Positions 50,512-60,292 of a stretch of DNA of 64,000 nt are shown piece by piece. Below the pieces are notes generated by a model. That model saw only the letters and a program-made list of their open reading frames with translations. It did not search any database and was not told the origin of the DNA. The DNA is from an uncultured delta proteobacterium (GTDB taxonomy: Bacteria > Desulfobacterota > Binatia > DP-6): the NCBI GenBank assembly GCA_963815115.1, contig CAWFFN010000009.1, positions 416,001 through 480,000 of the forward strand. Reading direction: 5' to 3'. The translations under genes and the position numbers were made by a program. Within the stretch, counting starts at the first letter, position 1; every line of letters begins with the position of its first letter.

Positions 50512-52034
50512 GGTGCCTGGGGCTGGACCCAGGCACGGCCGTCACGCGCCACAAGCTCCTCGGCACATTCCGGGCCCCATGTCCCGGCGGCGTAGCTCGG
50601 AAACTCCACCGCCGAATCGGCCGCCCAGACGTCGAGGATGGGCGTCGCGACGCGCCAGGCCGCATCGATCATGTCGGCGCGGTGGAACAGCATCGCATCG
50701 CCGACCATGCAGTCGTAGAGGAGGGTCTCGTAGCCCGTGCTGCGGCTCTCACCGGCGAGGTCGCTGTAGGCGAAGGACATCTCCACCGGCGCGACGCGCA
50801 CCATCGGACCCGGGCACTTGGCGTGGAAGTGGAGCGAGAGGCGCTCGTCGGGCTGCACGTGGATGGTGAGGCGGTTCGGCGCCTGCTGCTGGGCGGCGGG
50901 CAACAGGAGCAACGGTGCGCGGCGGAACTGGATGGTGATCTCGGTGTCGTGCATCGGCAGGCGCTTGCCGGTGCGCAGGTAGAAGGGTACCCCGGCCCAG
51001 CGCCAGTTCTCCACCTCGAATCGCGCCGCTGCGAAGGTGTCGGTCGTCGAGTCGGGAGGGACGTCCGGCTCCTGGCGGTAGCCCGGCACCGGCTTGCCGT
51101 CGATCGTTCCCGGTCCGTACTGACCGCGGACGGCGAAGCGGCGGATCTCCTCGGCCGTCATCGGCTTGATGGCGTGCAGCACCTTCACCTTCTCGTCGCG
51201 CACGTTCTCTGCCGAGAACGAGATCGGAGGCTCCATGGCGACCAGGCAGAGGAGCTGCATCATGTGGTTCTGGAGCATGTCGCGCAGCGCGCCGGACGAG
51301 TCGTAGTAAGCGCCTCGTCCCTCCGCGCCGAGCGTCTCGGCGACCAGGATCTGCACGTGATCGACGTAGCGTCGGTTCCAGATGGGCTCGAACAGCCCGT
51401 TGGTGAAGCGCAGGAGCAGGATGTTCTGGACCGTCTCCTTGCCGAGGTAGTGGTCGATGCGGTGGATCTGGCGCTCGTCGAAGACCGCCAGCAGCTCGCG
51501 ATCGAGCGCCTGGGCCGACGCGAGATCGCGCCCGAAGGGTTTCTCGACGATGATCCGGGTCCAGGGACCCTCGCCGGAGGGCTTCACCAGACCGGCGGCG
51601 CCGAGGCCGGTTCCGATGGGACCGAACGCCTGGGGCGGCGTCGCGAGATAGAAGATGACGTTGCCCTCGGTGGCGTGCTTCGCCGCGATCTCGCCGAGCG
51701 GCGCGCGCAGCTCGTCGAGATCGCGTCCCTCGTTGAACTTGCCCCGGCGATAATACGTCGCGTGCTGCAAGCGCTCGAGGATCGTCGCGTCGATCGGCGG
51801 CGCGCAGAACTCGTGCACCGCCTTCGCCAGGCGCTCGCGCATGACGTCGTCCGACAGCGGCTTGGAGCCGAGCGCGACGATGGCGAAGTGCTCGTCGAGG
51901 AATCCGTTCCGCGCCAGGTTGTAGAGCGACGGAAGCAGCTTGCGCTGGGTGAGATCGCCGCTGCCGCCGAAGATCACCAGCTGGCAAGGCGGAGCGGGCT
52001 GGGCGCCGACGTCGTCGCAGGGCGAGGCGATCAC
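50508..52034 (-). CDS. zwf: Glucose-6-phosphate 1-dehydrogenase
   Basis: GGSGDL, EKPFG, RIDHYLGKE, RDMLQNH, WAGVPFYLRTGK. Confidence 0.97.
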   Translation of the reverse strand: MIASPCDDVGAQPAPPCQLVIFGGSGDLTQRKLLPSLYNLARNGFLDEHFAIVALGSKPLSDDVMRERLAKAVHEFCAPPIDATILERLQHATYYRRGKFNEGRDLDELRAPLGEIAAKHATEGNVIFYLATPPQAFGPIGTGLGAAGLVKPSGEGPWTRIIVEKPFGRDLASAQALDRELLAVFDERQIHRIDHYLGKETVQNILLLRFTNGLFEPIWNRRYVDHVQILVAETLGAEGRGAYYDSSGALRDMLQNHMMQLLCLVAMEPPISFSAENVRDEKVKVLHAIKPMTAEEIRRFAVRGQYGPGTIDGKPVPGYRQEPDVPPDSTTDTFAAARFEVENWRWAGVPFYLRTGKRLPMHDTEITIQFRRAPLLLLPAAQQQAPNRLTIHVQPDERLSLHFHAKCPGPMVRVAPVEMSFAYSDLAGESRSTGYETLLYDCMVGDAMLFHRADMIDAAWRVATPILDVWAADSAVEFPSYAAGTWGPECAEELVARDGRAWVQPQAP

Positions 52035-52166
52035 CGACCCGCTCCTTATCCGGTCGGAGCGCGCAAGGGAATCCCGTTACTCCGGGCGCGCCGCGGAGAA
52101 TTCAGCTTCCCGTAATCCGCCGGCCGCGCGGGGCAGCTACACGGGGCACCCAAGGAGGTTCACCCG

Positions 52167-52969
52167 ATGAGAAGTGGCATGCATCCACGATGGCGCCCGC
52201 TCGGAAGCGCGGTCCTCGGGCTCTTGCTGGCGGTACCAGCCGCACGAGGACAGGTGCTGGGCGATGATTTCACCGCCGGCGAGCTAGCGTGTCAGAACGG
52301 CACGGCCACGACGCTCGCGAAGATGCTCGCGGCACGGACGAAGTGTTTGACCAAGTGTCTGCAAGGGTCAGGAAGGGCACCACGCCGGCCACCGACTGCC
52401 AGGCGCCCGCGTTCGGGGGCGCCACCGCCCTGTGTATCGCGGACGCGGCGAAGGGTGCCGAGGCGAAGGCACGCGCCGGCATCGCCAAGGTCTGCGGCAA
52501 GGACTGCCCCGAGTGCTATGCGGGCGGCGACTGTGCCGCGACGGCGACGGCGGCGGTGAGCCAGGTCGCGAGCACCGCCGACGTCCAGCTCGTGCCGTTC
52601 GTCTACTGCGGGATGCAATCCGGCTTGACGTCGGGCGAGGCCAAGTGCGAGGACACCGCGGCCAAGAACGTCACCAAGCTCGCCGGAAGCCTCGCGAAGT
52701 GCGTCGCCAAGTGCAAGAGCGGCGAGGCGGCCGGGAAGGTCGCCATCGGGAGCTGCGGCCCGCAGGCCACCGATGTCGCGGCCACGGCCTGCCGCAAGAA
52801 GGCCCAGGACAAGTCGGTCGCCGCGATCGACAAGGCCTGCTCGGTCGAGCAGCCGGCCTGCTACCCGAGCTTCCCGGGACTGCTGTTCGCCGGGATCGTG
52901 ACCGCCACCGCGGACGCCCGCTACCAGGACACGTACTGCGGCTTTCCGAGCCCGGCGTTTCTCCGATAG
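52167..52969 (+). CDS. Secreted Cys-rich protein, 1-nt frameshift near 52365
   Basis: Signal peptide + ELACQ...KCLTKC continues in another frame as RKGTTPATDC...EAKCED...KCVAKC. Confidence 0.65.
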
Positions 52970-53023
52970 CGTGAAGCAGGCGGCGCGGGGACAGGAAGAG
53001 CCCCGCGCCGCCCACCTGCGCCC

Positions 53024-54271
53024 TCAGGGGTTCGACACCTGGGCCACCGAGCACGGGATCGACGTCGGATTCGGCACGTCGTTGCCGACCTGGTCCGAGG
53101 CGCTGAGCACCATGCACTGGAAGTTGGCCGGGCTGATGGCGCTTCCGGCGGAGCAGTCGAAGAGTACCCGCACCAGATCGCCGGCAGGGAACGTCGTGCC
53201 GGTCACGCCGTAGAGCAGATCCAGGGTGTCCTCGACGGTGTCGGCGTTGGTGTCGACGTCCTGCCCGACGATGAACGGGCTGCTCGACCCGGTGAGATCG
53301 GTGAAGCGCGACCCATCGACGAAAGGCCCGGATATGTTCGGCAGACTCACGGTGCCAGGGTAGTGCACCTGCAGGCGGATGCCCGACAGCAAAGGCGCGC
53401 CCACGGTGTCGTACGGAACGACGACCCGCACGTTGACACCCGCCGCCGTGCACGTGACCCCCCCGCCGAGCGTGGTGGTCGTGGTCGCCGAGGTCGACGT
53501 CGTGGTCGACGTCGTCGCGTTCGTGGTGCTGGTGGTCCCGGTCTGCGAGGTCGTGGTGGTGCCCGGCGACGTCGTCGTGGTCGTCGCGCCCGGGTCGAGG
53601 CGAGCGACGACGTCGGTGACGAACGCGTCCACCCGGGTTTCCACCGCGCCCGTGTCACCCGTCGTGGGGCAGCCGCCCTTCTTCTCGAGCTTCGCGAAGC
53701 AGCCCTTCGTCGGGTCGGCTCCGCCGTCGAACTTGGCCTGTGCCTTGGTGATGCAGTCCTTGTCGTTCGGCGAGATGCCCTTGGTCTCGGCCTTCTCGTG
53801 GCACTTGAGCAGTCCCACCGCCTTCGTCGAGATGCACTTCTTCTTGCCGGCGGAGCACTTGTTCACCACGATGGCGGGGTACGCCGGATCCACCACCCGC
53901 ACGATGGCGTCGACGAAGGCGTCCACCACGCCCTCGAGGGCATCGCGATCCCCGAAGGTCAGGCACGGCGTCTCGTCGCCTGCCGGGTACTTGTCCTCGA
54001 GCTTGGCGAAGCATCCCTTGGTCGGATCGTCGCCGCCGTCGAACTTGGCGATCGCCTTCGTGAGACAGTCCTTGTCGGCCACCGCCACGCCCTTGGTCTC
54101 CGACGTGACGTGGCACTTGAGCACGCCCGCGAGCTTGGTGGCCACGCACTTCTTCTTGCCCGCCGAGCACTTGTTCAACGTGAACGACTGCGCAGCCGCG
54201 AGCTCGGGAATTGCCGCGAGCAGCGCAGCGGCCCCCACCGACACGTACCACGCCGATCGGATCCTCATCAT
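53024..54271 (-). CDS. Secreted protein: two Cys-rich repeats, Thr-rich linker, beta-rich C-terminal domain
   Basis: NKCSAGKKKC...AKFDGG.DPTKGCFAKLE occurs twice; TTTT linker. Confidence 0.75.
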   Translation of the reverse strand: MMRIRSAWYVSVGAAALLAAIPELAAAQSFTLNKCSAGKKKCVATKLAGVLKCHVTSETKGVAVADKDCLTKAIAKFDGGDDPTKGCFAKLEDKYPAGDETPCLTFGDRDALEGVVDAFVDAIVRVVDPAYPAIVVNKCSAGKKKCISTKAVGLLKCHEKAETKGISPNDKDCITKAQAKFDGGADPTKGCFAKLEKKGGCPTTGDTGAVETRVDAFVTDVVARLDPGATTTTTSPGTTTTSQTGTTSTTNATTSTTTSTSATTTTTLGGGVTCTAAGVNVRVVVPYDTVGAPLLSGIRLQVHYPGTVSLPNISGPFVDGSRFTDLTGSSSPFIVGQDVDTNADTVEDTLDLLYGVTGTTFPAGDLVRVLFDCSAGSAISPANFQCMVLSASDQVGNDVPNPTSIPCSVAQVSNP

Positions 54272-54526
54272 GTCCGCCCTCCTCTGGCGTGCCTGTATTC
54301 CCAGCCGTCCGGGGCCAGGCAATACGAAAAGAGGGCAGAATCGCGCTCTTCAGGCGATCACGCCGGCAAATTCATGCGCCGGTAACGAAGCGGACGGTGC
54401 GGCCGTGGATTCAGCGCGCGAGATCGCTCTGGACCGTGAGCGCGCTCCACGCCAGCCATGCGGCGACGGTGAGCACGAGGCCGACGACGAGCCAGAGATG
54501 ATGCCGGCGGAGCCGCATCCCGGAGG

Positions 54527-54895
54527 CTACCGCCGGCCGCGCCCGGAGCCGCGCATGCCCCCGCGCGGCGCGCCCTGGCCCCCGGGAGGAGGCAGCGGCT
54601 TCACCGACAAGCGATGGTCGGGCATGGGCCGGAAGCGGAGCGTGTCTGCCGCGCGCTTGATGCGCAACCGCAGCTCGTTCCGCGCCACGGCGTCGGCCGT
54701 CGATGCGATCACCGCGCCGATGGCGAGCTCGATGTGCCCGTGACGTCCCGCCTGGGTGAGCGACACCTGCATCCGCTCCTGCCCCGGGACGTCGCGCACC
54801 TCGACCTCGAGCTTGCGGTCGATGGTCCGCGCGAGGTCGTGGATGATGCGGCGGGCTTCCTGCCTGGCCTCTGCGAGATGTCGTTCGTCAGCCAT
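54527..54895 (-). CDS. Hypothetical protein
   Basis: Protein-like ORF in an intergenic space, with a Gly/Arg-rich tail. Confidence 0.55.
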   Translation of the reverse strand: MADERHLAEARQEARRIIHDLARTIDRKLEVEVRDVPGQERMQVSLTQAGRHGHIELAIGAVIASTADAVARNELRLRIKRAADTLRFRPMPDHRLSVKPLPPPGGQGAPRGGMRGSGRGRR

Positions 54896-54969
54896 AGAAT
54901 GGAGCGGAGGTTAGGCGGAACCCGACGAATCCGCAACCGCGAGTCGAGGATGGCGAGCGCCGGCGACGA

Positions 54970-56190
54970 TCACTCGAGCACGTTCGACCCGCGCAAGCGC
55001 ACGATCTCCTCGGCGGACATGCCGAGCAGGTCGTGCAGCACTGCGTCGGTGTGCTCCCCGAGCCGGGGTGCCGGGGCGCGCAGGCGTGGCTCCATGGCGG
55101 AGAAGCGGATGGCGTGCGTTTCCGCGAGGTGCTGGCCCAGGACGGGATGGTCCACGCGCCGGAAGTGACCGCGGTGCGCGAGCTGGGGGTCGGCGTGCAG
55201 GTCCGCGAGGTCCGCGACCGGTGCTGCGTCCACGCCGGCGGCCTGCAGGCTCGCGGCGAGCGCGGTGGCGGGCTGCGGCCGCGTCCATTCCTCGAGCCGG
55301 GCCTCGAGGACGTCGACGGCGGCGAGACGCCCGGCCATCGTGGCGAGCCCCGGCTCGAGCGCCCAGCCGGGCCGTCCGAGCGCCTGGACGAGGCGCTGCC
55401 AGTCGGTGTCGTCGTGCAGCGCGATGGCGATCCAGCGCTCGCGTCCTGCTTCGTCCGCGCAGCGGAACACGCCGTGCGGCGCCTCGTGACGCGAACGGTT
55501 GCCGAGGCGTCCCAGGATCTCCCCGTTGGCGGTGAAGGTGGCGATGCACTCGCTCAGGCAGACGATGCCGCCCTCGACCTGCGCCAGGTCGATGTGCTGG
55601 CCGTGGCCCGTGCGCTGGCGGTGGAGCAGCGCGCTGGCGAGCAGGAGCGCGGCGAAACGGGGCGAGAGCGAGTCGGTGATGGTCCCGTACGGACCGACGG
55701 GCGCCCGGTCTGGCCAGCCGGTCAGGTGATTGAACCCGGACAGCGCCGAGCCCTGGCCGCCGAAGCCCGGATAGAAGCGCTGCGGGCCGGTCTGGCCGTT
55801 GAGACACGTGCTGATCATCACGAGGTCGGGCCGATCGCGGGCCAGGGAGGTGTAGTCGAGCCCCCACTTCGCCATGGCGCCGGGGGCGAAGTTCTCCGCC
55901 ACGGCGTCGACCCGCAGGGCGAGCCGGCGCGCCACGGCCACGCCGTCGGGAGTCGAGAGGTTCAGCGCGACGGACCGCTTGTTGGCGTTCAGCACGGCGA
56001 AGTGCTCGCCGCCGTCCAGCCCTCCGGGGGTGTTCGGCGTGAGCTTCAGCACGCGCAGGAAGTCCGGCCGTTGCCGCGACTCGACCCGGATGACGTCGGC
56101 GCCGTGATCGGCGAAGTAGCGCGTCGCCACGGGACCGGCCGCCCCGCCGCCGAACTCGAGGATGGTCGTGCCGGCGAGCAGATCGGTCAC
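54970..56190 (-). CDS. Class III (CaiB/BaiF) CoA transferase
   Basis: GADVIRVE, NANKRS, ENFAPG, GQTGP, Asp in ITDSL. Confidence 0.9.
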   Translation of the reverse strand: MTDLLAGTTILEFGGGAAGPVATRYFADHGADVIRVESRQRPDFLRVLKLTPNTPGGLDGGEHFAVLNANKRSVALNLSTPDGVAVARRLALRVDAVAENFAPGAMAKWGLDYTSLARDRPDLVMISTCLNGQTGPQRFYPGFGGQGSALSGFNHLTGWPDRAPVGPYGTITDSLSPRFAALLLASALLHRQRTGHGQHIDLAQVEGGIVCLSECIATFTANGEILGRLGNRSRHEAPHGVFRCADEAGRERWIAIALHDDTDWQRLVQALGRPGWALEPGLATMAGRLAAVDVLEARLEEWTRPQPATALAASLQAAGVDAAPVADLADLHADPQLAHRGHFRRVDHPVLGQHLAETHAIRFSAMEPRLRAPAPRLGEHTDAVLHDLLGMSAEEIVRLRGSNVLE

Positions 56191-57434
56191 ACCACGCCCT
56201 CCGCGCGCAGCCGCTCCAGCTCGGCCGCCGTCACGCCCAGCTCGGTCAGGATCGCCGTCGTGTGCTCGCCTAGTCGCGGCGCCGGACCGCGCACGGTGAT
56301 CGCCGTGCCCTCGGGATCGGGCGACGTCGTACGCGCGAAGGCGCCCGGCAAGCGCAGCGAGCCGCGTCCGGGGTGCTCGACGTCGATGAAGAATTGGCGC
56401 GCCGCCAGCTGCTCGGAGGCAAGGATCTCACGCGCCGTGTTGGCAGGGGCCAGCATCAGGTTGCGCGCGCACGCGGCCTGGAACAGCTCGGTCATGGTCC
56501 TGGTGCGGAAGAAGTCGCCGAACTCCTTCGACAGCGCGTCCACCTCGTCCTGCGAGAGCAGGTTGTGGTTGTACGCCTTCCAGTCCATGGCGCGCAGCTT
56601 CTCCGACGCCATGCCGTGCTCGCTCATGTAGGCGACCATGGCCACCAGTCCCGGGACGCGTGCCGGCCCTCCCCGGATCGCGAAGGACACCCAGCCGTCC
56701 TTGCACGGCCAGATCTCCCGCTGCACGCTGCGGCCCTGGCGGAAGAAGGCGCCGGCGCGCTGCCCGCGGTTTCCCGTCATGGCGGACATCGACGCCGTCG
56801 CCATGTTCGGCATCAGCATCGCCTCCTGGAGCGCGACGTCGACATGCTGGCCGGCGCCGGTGCGCTCGCGCGCGAGGAGCGCGAACGCGACCCCGGCCGC
56901 GGCCTCGAGGCTGCCGTGGTAGTAGGACACGGGGAGGGTGCAGCGGACCGGTGCGCGGTCGGGATCGCCGGTGCAGTGCAGGTTGCCGCTCATGGCGAGC
57001 ACCGTGAGGTCCGAGCCACGCCGGCCGGCGTACGGACCGGTCTGTCCGAACGGGGTCAGCGAGCACACGATGAGGCGGGGATTGCGCGCGCTCAGCGTCT
57101 CCCAGCCGAGGCCTCGCGCCGCCATCGCGCCCGGAGCCTCGGTCTCGAGAACGACGTCGGCCCGCGCGGCGAGGCGGAGGAACAGCTCGCGGCCCGCGGC
57201 ACGCTCCAGGTCGAGCGTCAGGCCGCGCTTCGATCCGTTGAGCGCGAGCCACAGCAGCGAGCGCTCGCCGTCGTCGACCTGGCCCCAGAACGGGGGTCGC
57301 CGTCGCGCCGGATCGCCGGCCGGCGGCTCCACCTTGACGACGTCCGCGCCGAGCTCGCCGAGCAGCATGCCGGCGAGGAAGCCGATCTCGCCGGTGAGGT
57401 CGAGCACACGAAGGCCGTGCAGGGTGCCGTGCAT
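56187..57434 (-). CDS. Class III (CaiB/BaiF) CoA transferase, probable non-catalytic partner
   Basis: LGADVVKVEPP.GD, NGSKRG, PFGQTGPY, APRLGEHT. Confidence 0.9.
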   Translation of the reverse strand: MHGTLHGLRVLDLTGEIGFLAGMLLGELGADVVKVEPPAGDPARRRPPFWGQVDDGERSLLWLALNGSKRGLTLDLERAAGRELFLRLAARADVVLETEAPGAMAARGLGWETLSARNPRLIVCSLTPFGQTGPYAGRRGSDLTVLAMSGNLHCTGDPDRAPVRCTLPVSYYHGSLEAAAGVAFALLARERTGAGQHVDVALQEAMLMPNMATASMSAMTGNRGQRAGAFFRQGRSVQREIWPCKDGWVSFAIRGGPARVPGLVAMVAYMSEHGMASEKLRAMDWKAYNHNLLSQDEVDALSKEFGDFFRTRTMTELFQAACARNLMLAPANTAREILASEQLAARQFFIDVEHPGRGSLRLPGAFARTTSPDPEGTAITVRGPAPRLGEHTTAILTELGVTAAELERLRAEGVV

Positions 57435-57509
57435 CGGTGGAGCGCCAGGCTCCTAGCCGCGGCCCCGAGCGAGTGTCAAGCGACGGCGGCCGTCGCGAGC
57501 GACGGTGGC

Positions 57510-58031
57510 TCAGCCGGGCGGGGGCGTGTCCGCCGCCGGGGCAGCGTCGGGTGGTGGTGCGGCCGCGCCGCCGGCCGGTGCGCCCGTTTCCGGTGCGGCC
57601 GCTGAGCCAATCGTTTTGGTCAGCGGAGCGATGGTCACGGCTCCGCCGTCGCGCGCCTGGTCGAGCGCAGTCACCGCGAACCCGTAGTCGGCGTCGTCGG
57701 CGGCATCGAAGAAGAGGATGTGATCGTCGCGCGCGGCGAACATGCGCTTCAGGCGTTCGGGAAGCTCCTCGAGCGTCACCGCGGTGCCGTTCACCTGGAG
57801 CGTCCGGTCCGCGCCCACCCGCAGCACCAGGGGCGGCTCGGGATCCGGAGGCTGGTCGGGCGGCACCTCCTCCTTCTTCTGCTCCGGCAGGTGAACCCAG
57901 AAGTTCTTGCTGAGCAGCGGCGTCACGACCAGGAAGATGATGAGAAGAACCAGGACGACGTCGACCAGCGGCGTCACGTTCATCTGCGGCGCGACGGTCT
58001 TGCCCGACGGTCCCCCGACGCTGATCGCCAT
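57510..58031 (-). CDS. exbD: ExbD/TolR biopolymer transport protein
   Basis: MNVTPLVDVVLVLLIIF. Confidence 0.9.
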   Translation of the reverse strand: MAISVGGPSGKTVAPQMNVTPLVDVVLVLLIIFLVVTPLLSKNFWVHLPEQKKEEVPPDQPPDPEPPLVLRVGADRTLQVNGTAVTLEELPERLKRMFAARDDHILFFDAADDADYGFAVTALDQARDGGAVTIAPLTKTIGSAAAPETGAPAGGAAAPPPDAAPAADTPPPG

Positions 58032-58034
58032 GGC

Positions 58035-58616
58035 CTAGCTCCCGCCCGTGGTCGCGTCGGCCGGCGCCGGCTCGGTCGGGGCTCCGCCTTGGTCGCCGGA
58101 CGCGGGCGCTTCTGCGGGGGGCGGACCGTCAGGTGAGGGGGCGCCGGACCCGGAGCCGTCGTCCTTCACCACCTCGTACTCGACGATGCCCGCTCCGGCC
58201 CGGTGCTTCTCGCCCACCATGAAGTTGAGACCCGGGAAGCCCACCTGCTGCGCGCGGGCCATGAAGTCGCGCACCTGAGCGTACTTGAGGCCCTGGTCGG
58301 CGCGCAGGACGAGCCGCCGGTCGGGATCCGCCAGGTGCTTGTCGACGAGATACTGCGTGACGCCGTTCAGATCGAAGTGCTGGTCCTCGACGTGATAGGT
58401 GCCCGCCGCGTCGAGGCTGACCTTGATGGGATCCATGTTGCCCTCGACGTCGGGGTCGGGGTTGAAGATGCCCGGCAGGTTCACCGGCACGTCCTGCTGG
58501 AGCTGAGGTGCGATCACCATGAAGATGATCAGCAGCACGAGCACGACGTCGACGAGCGGCGTCACGTTCATTTCGGGCGCGGGACCGCGCCGGGAGACTC
58601 GCCTATGCCAGGCCAA
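58035..58616 (-). CDS. exbD: ExbD/TolR biopolymer transport protein
   Basis: MNVTPLVDVVLVLLIIFMV, LRAD. Confidence 0.9.
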   Translation of the reverse strand: MAWHRRVSRRGPAPEMNVTPLVDVVLVLLIIFMVIAPQLQQDVPVNLPGIFNPDPDVEGNMDPIKVSLDAAGTYHVEDQHFDLNGVTQYLVDKHLADPDRRLVLRADQGLKYAQVRDFMARAQQVGFPGLNFMVGEKHRAGAGIVEYEVVKDDGSGSGAPSPDGPPPAEAPASGDQGGAPTEPAPADATTGGS

Positions 58617-59331
58617 GCCTCGCCCCGTGTCGCTCCTGCTTGACCTCCTGCTGGTGGATCTCGTCCTCGGCCCAGCCCTCGATCGAGTCGAGCAGCTCGC
58701 CCGCGGCGGCGTTCAGGGCGCCCTCGTCGCGCGCGATCTGCGTGGAGAGGTAGTTGTAGGCAAGCACGGCGGGGATCGCGACCGCCAGCCCGAGAGCGGT
58801 CTCGATGAGCGCCTCCGAGATGCCGGCGGAGACCGACGACAGGCCGCCCGAGCCGCTCGATGCGATGCCCTGGAACGCCGTGATGATGCCCAGCACCGTC
58901 CCGAGGAGCCCGACGAACGGCGCCACCGATCCCACGGAAGCCAGCACCGACAGCCCGCGCCGGAGGTCGCCTCCCATGTCCTCGAGGTAGCGCTCCATGT
59001 AGCGGCGCGTGCGCTCGGCGGGGGGTACCACCGAGACGTCGGCGGTGTCGCGGGCGTGCCGGTAGTGCGCCAGCGCGGCTTTGACGAGATGGGGCAGATG
59101 GCCGCGGGGGTACTTGCCGGCCTCCTCGATGACCGTCTCCACCATGTCGGCACGCAGGTGCCCCCCGGTCTCGGCGGCGAAGGCGCGCGACGCTTGCCGC
59201 GAGCGCCGCAGCGTCAGGATGCGCTCGATGAACACCGTGAGCGAGGAGAGACCCATGGCCAGCAGCACGATCGCCACCGTGACTGCCGGCCAGCCCATGT
59301 GCGACCACATCTCCCCGAAGCTGAATCCCAT
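58603..59331 (-). CDS. exbB: ExbB/TolQ/MotA proton channel
   Basis: APFVGLLGTVLGI, GISEALIETALGL.VAIPA. Confidence 0.92.
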   Translation of the reverse strand: MGFSFGEMWSHMGWPAVTVAIVLLAMGLSSLTVFIERILTLRRSRQASRAFAAETGGHLRADMVETVIEEAGKYPRGHLPHLVKAALAHYRHARDTADVSVVPPAERTRRYMERYLEDMGGDLRRGLSVLASVGSVAPFVGLLGTVLGIITAFQGIASSGSGGLSSVSAGISEALIETALGLAVAIPAVLAYNYLSTQIARDEGALNAAAGELLDSIEGWAEDEIHQQEVKQERHGARLGLA

Positions 59332-59353
59332 GCCGGTTCCTTTCTGGATGTCG

Positions 59354-60163
59354 CTACGCCGTTAGCTTGAATGGAATCTGGATGACCCGGTACACGGTGA
59401 TGGCTTGCCCCTTGTACTTGGCCGGCGTGTATTTCCACTTCTTCACTGCCTCGAGCGCAGCGCTCACGAAGGGCTCCTCGCCACGCATCACCTCGACGTC
59501 CGACACGGTGCCGTCGGCCTGGATGACGACCTTGAGGGTCACGACCCCGGTCTGGTTGGCCGCGATCGCGTCCTTCGGGTAGTCGGGCTTCGCGTTGAAG
59601 GACGAGGGAACGGGCGGGTCGGCGTCCTCGGGGATGGCCAGGTCGGCCCCGATCCTCCCCCCGGCGACGCCGCCCGCCCTGCCGCCCTCGAGCCCTGCCA
59701 CGTCTCCCTTGCCCTCCCCGTAGACCGCGATGCCCTTGTCCAGGGCCGCATCGACTTCCTTCGGAGCATCCGCCGGCATCTCCTTGGGTGCGGCGAGATC
59801 CTTCGGAGGCGGCGGCTTGTCGAGCTTCCGGATCTTCTGGCCGGGACGGATGATCGGCGCCGCCGCGGCCGGCGCCCTGGGCGCGGCGGCGGGCGCTGCC
59901 TGCTTCACCTCGATCTTCGGCGGCGTGACCGGAGGCGGCGCCGGAATCGGAATCGGCGGCGGCGCCTTGATGACCTTCTCGACGAATTTGACCTGCACCT
60001 GTCTGCGTTCGACGATGTGACGCGTCACCGGGATGCTCAGCACGAGCAACCCGATGGCGATGTAAATCACCGACGAGGCCGCCAGCGACGACAGCCAGCT
60101 GCGGGAGGTTTCGGCGTCGGTGTGGCCGAAGTGGCTGAACGCCTGATAGCCCTTCTCGCTCAT
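59354..60163 (-). CDS. tonB: TonB energy transducer
   Basis: One TM, Pro-rich linker, PDYP..A....G.V...WKYTPA. Confidence 0.9.
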   Translation of the reverse strand: MSEKGYQAFSHFGHTDAETSRSWLSSLAASSVIYIAIGLLVLSIPVTRHIVERRQVQVKFVEKVIKAPPPIPIPAPPPVTPPKIEVKQAAPAAAPRAPAAAAPIIRPGQKIRKLDKPPPPKDLAAPKEMPADAPKEVDAALDKGIAVYGEGKGDVAGLEGGRAGGVAGGRIGADLAIPEDADPPVPSSFNAKPDYPKDAIAANQTGVVTLKVVIQADGTVSDVEVMRGEEPFVSAALEAVKKWKYTPAKYKGQAITVYRVIQIPFKLTA

Positions 60164-60218
60164 CGCCTCCCCACCCACCGTGGACGCGTAGCGTCAGTAT
60201 CGCAGGCAGTACAGTCCC

Positions 60219-60251
60219 GTACGGTTACGAGCCTGTAAAAATCACGTGACA
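60219..60251 (-). promoter_or_regulatory. 11-bp-periodic direct repeats (PhoB/OmpR-box-like)
   Basis: Minus strand TGTCACGTGAT TTTTACAGGCT CGTAACCGTAC. Confidence 0.35.
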
Positions 60252-60292
60252 CCGGCCTATGACGGGAGCCGGGAGCGGCCACCCGGGCTCGC

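Noticed and set aside
53460-53600. GTC/GTG trinucleotide-like repeats
   Set aside because: Encode the Thr-rich linker on the minus strand.
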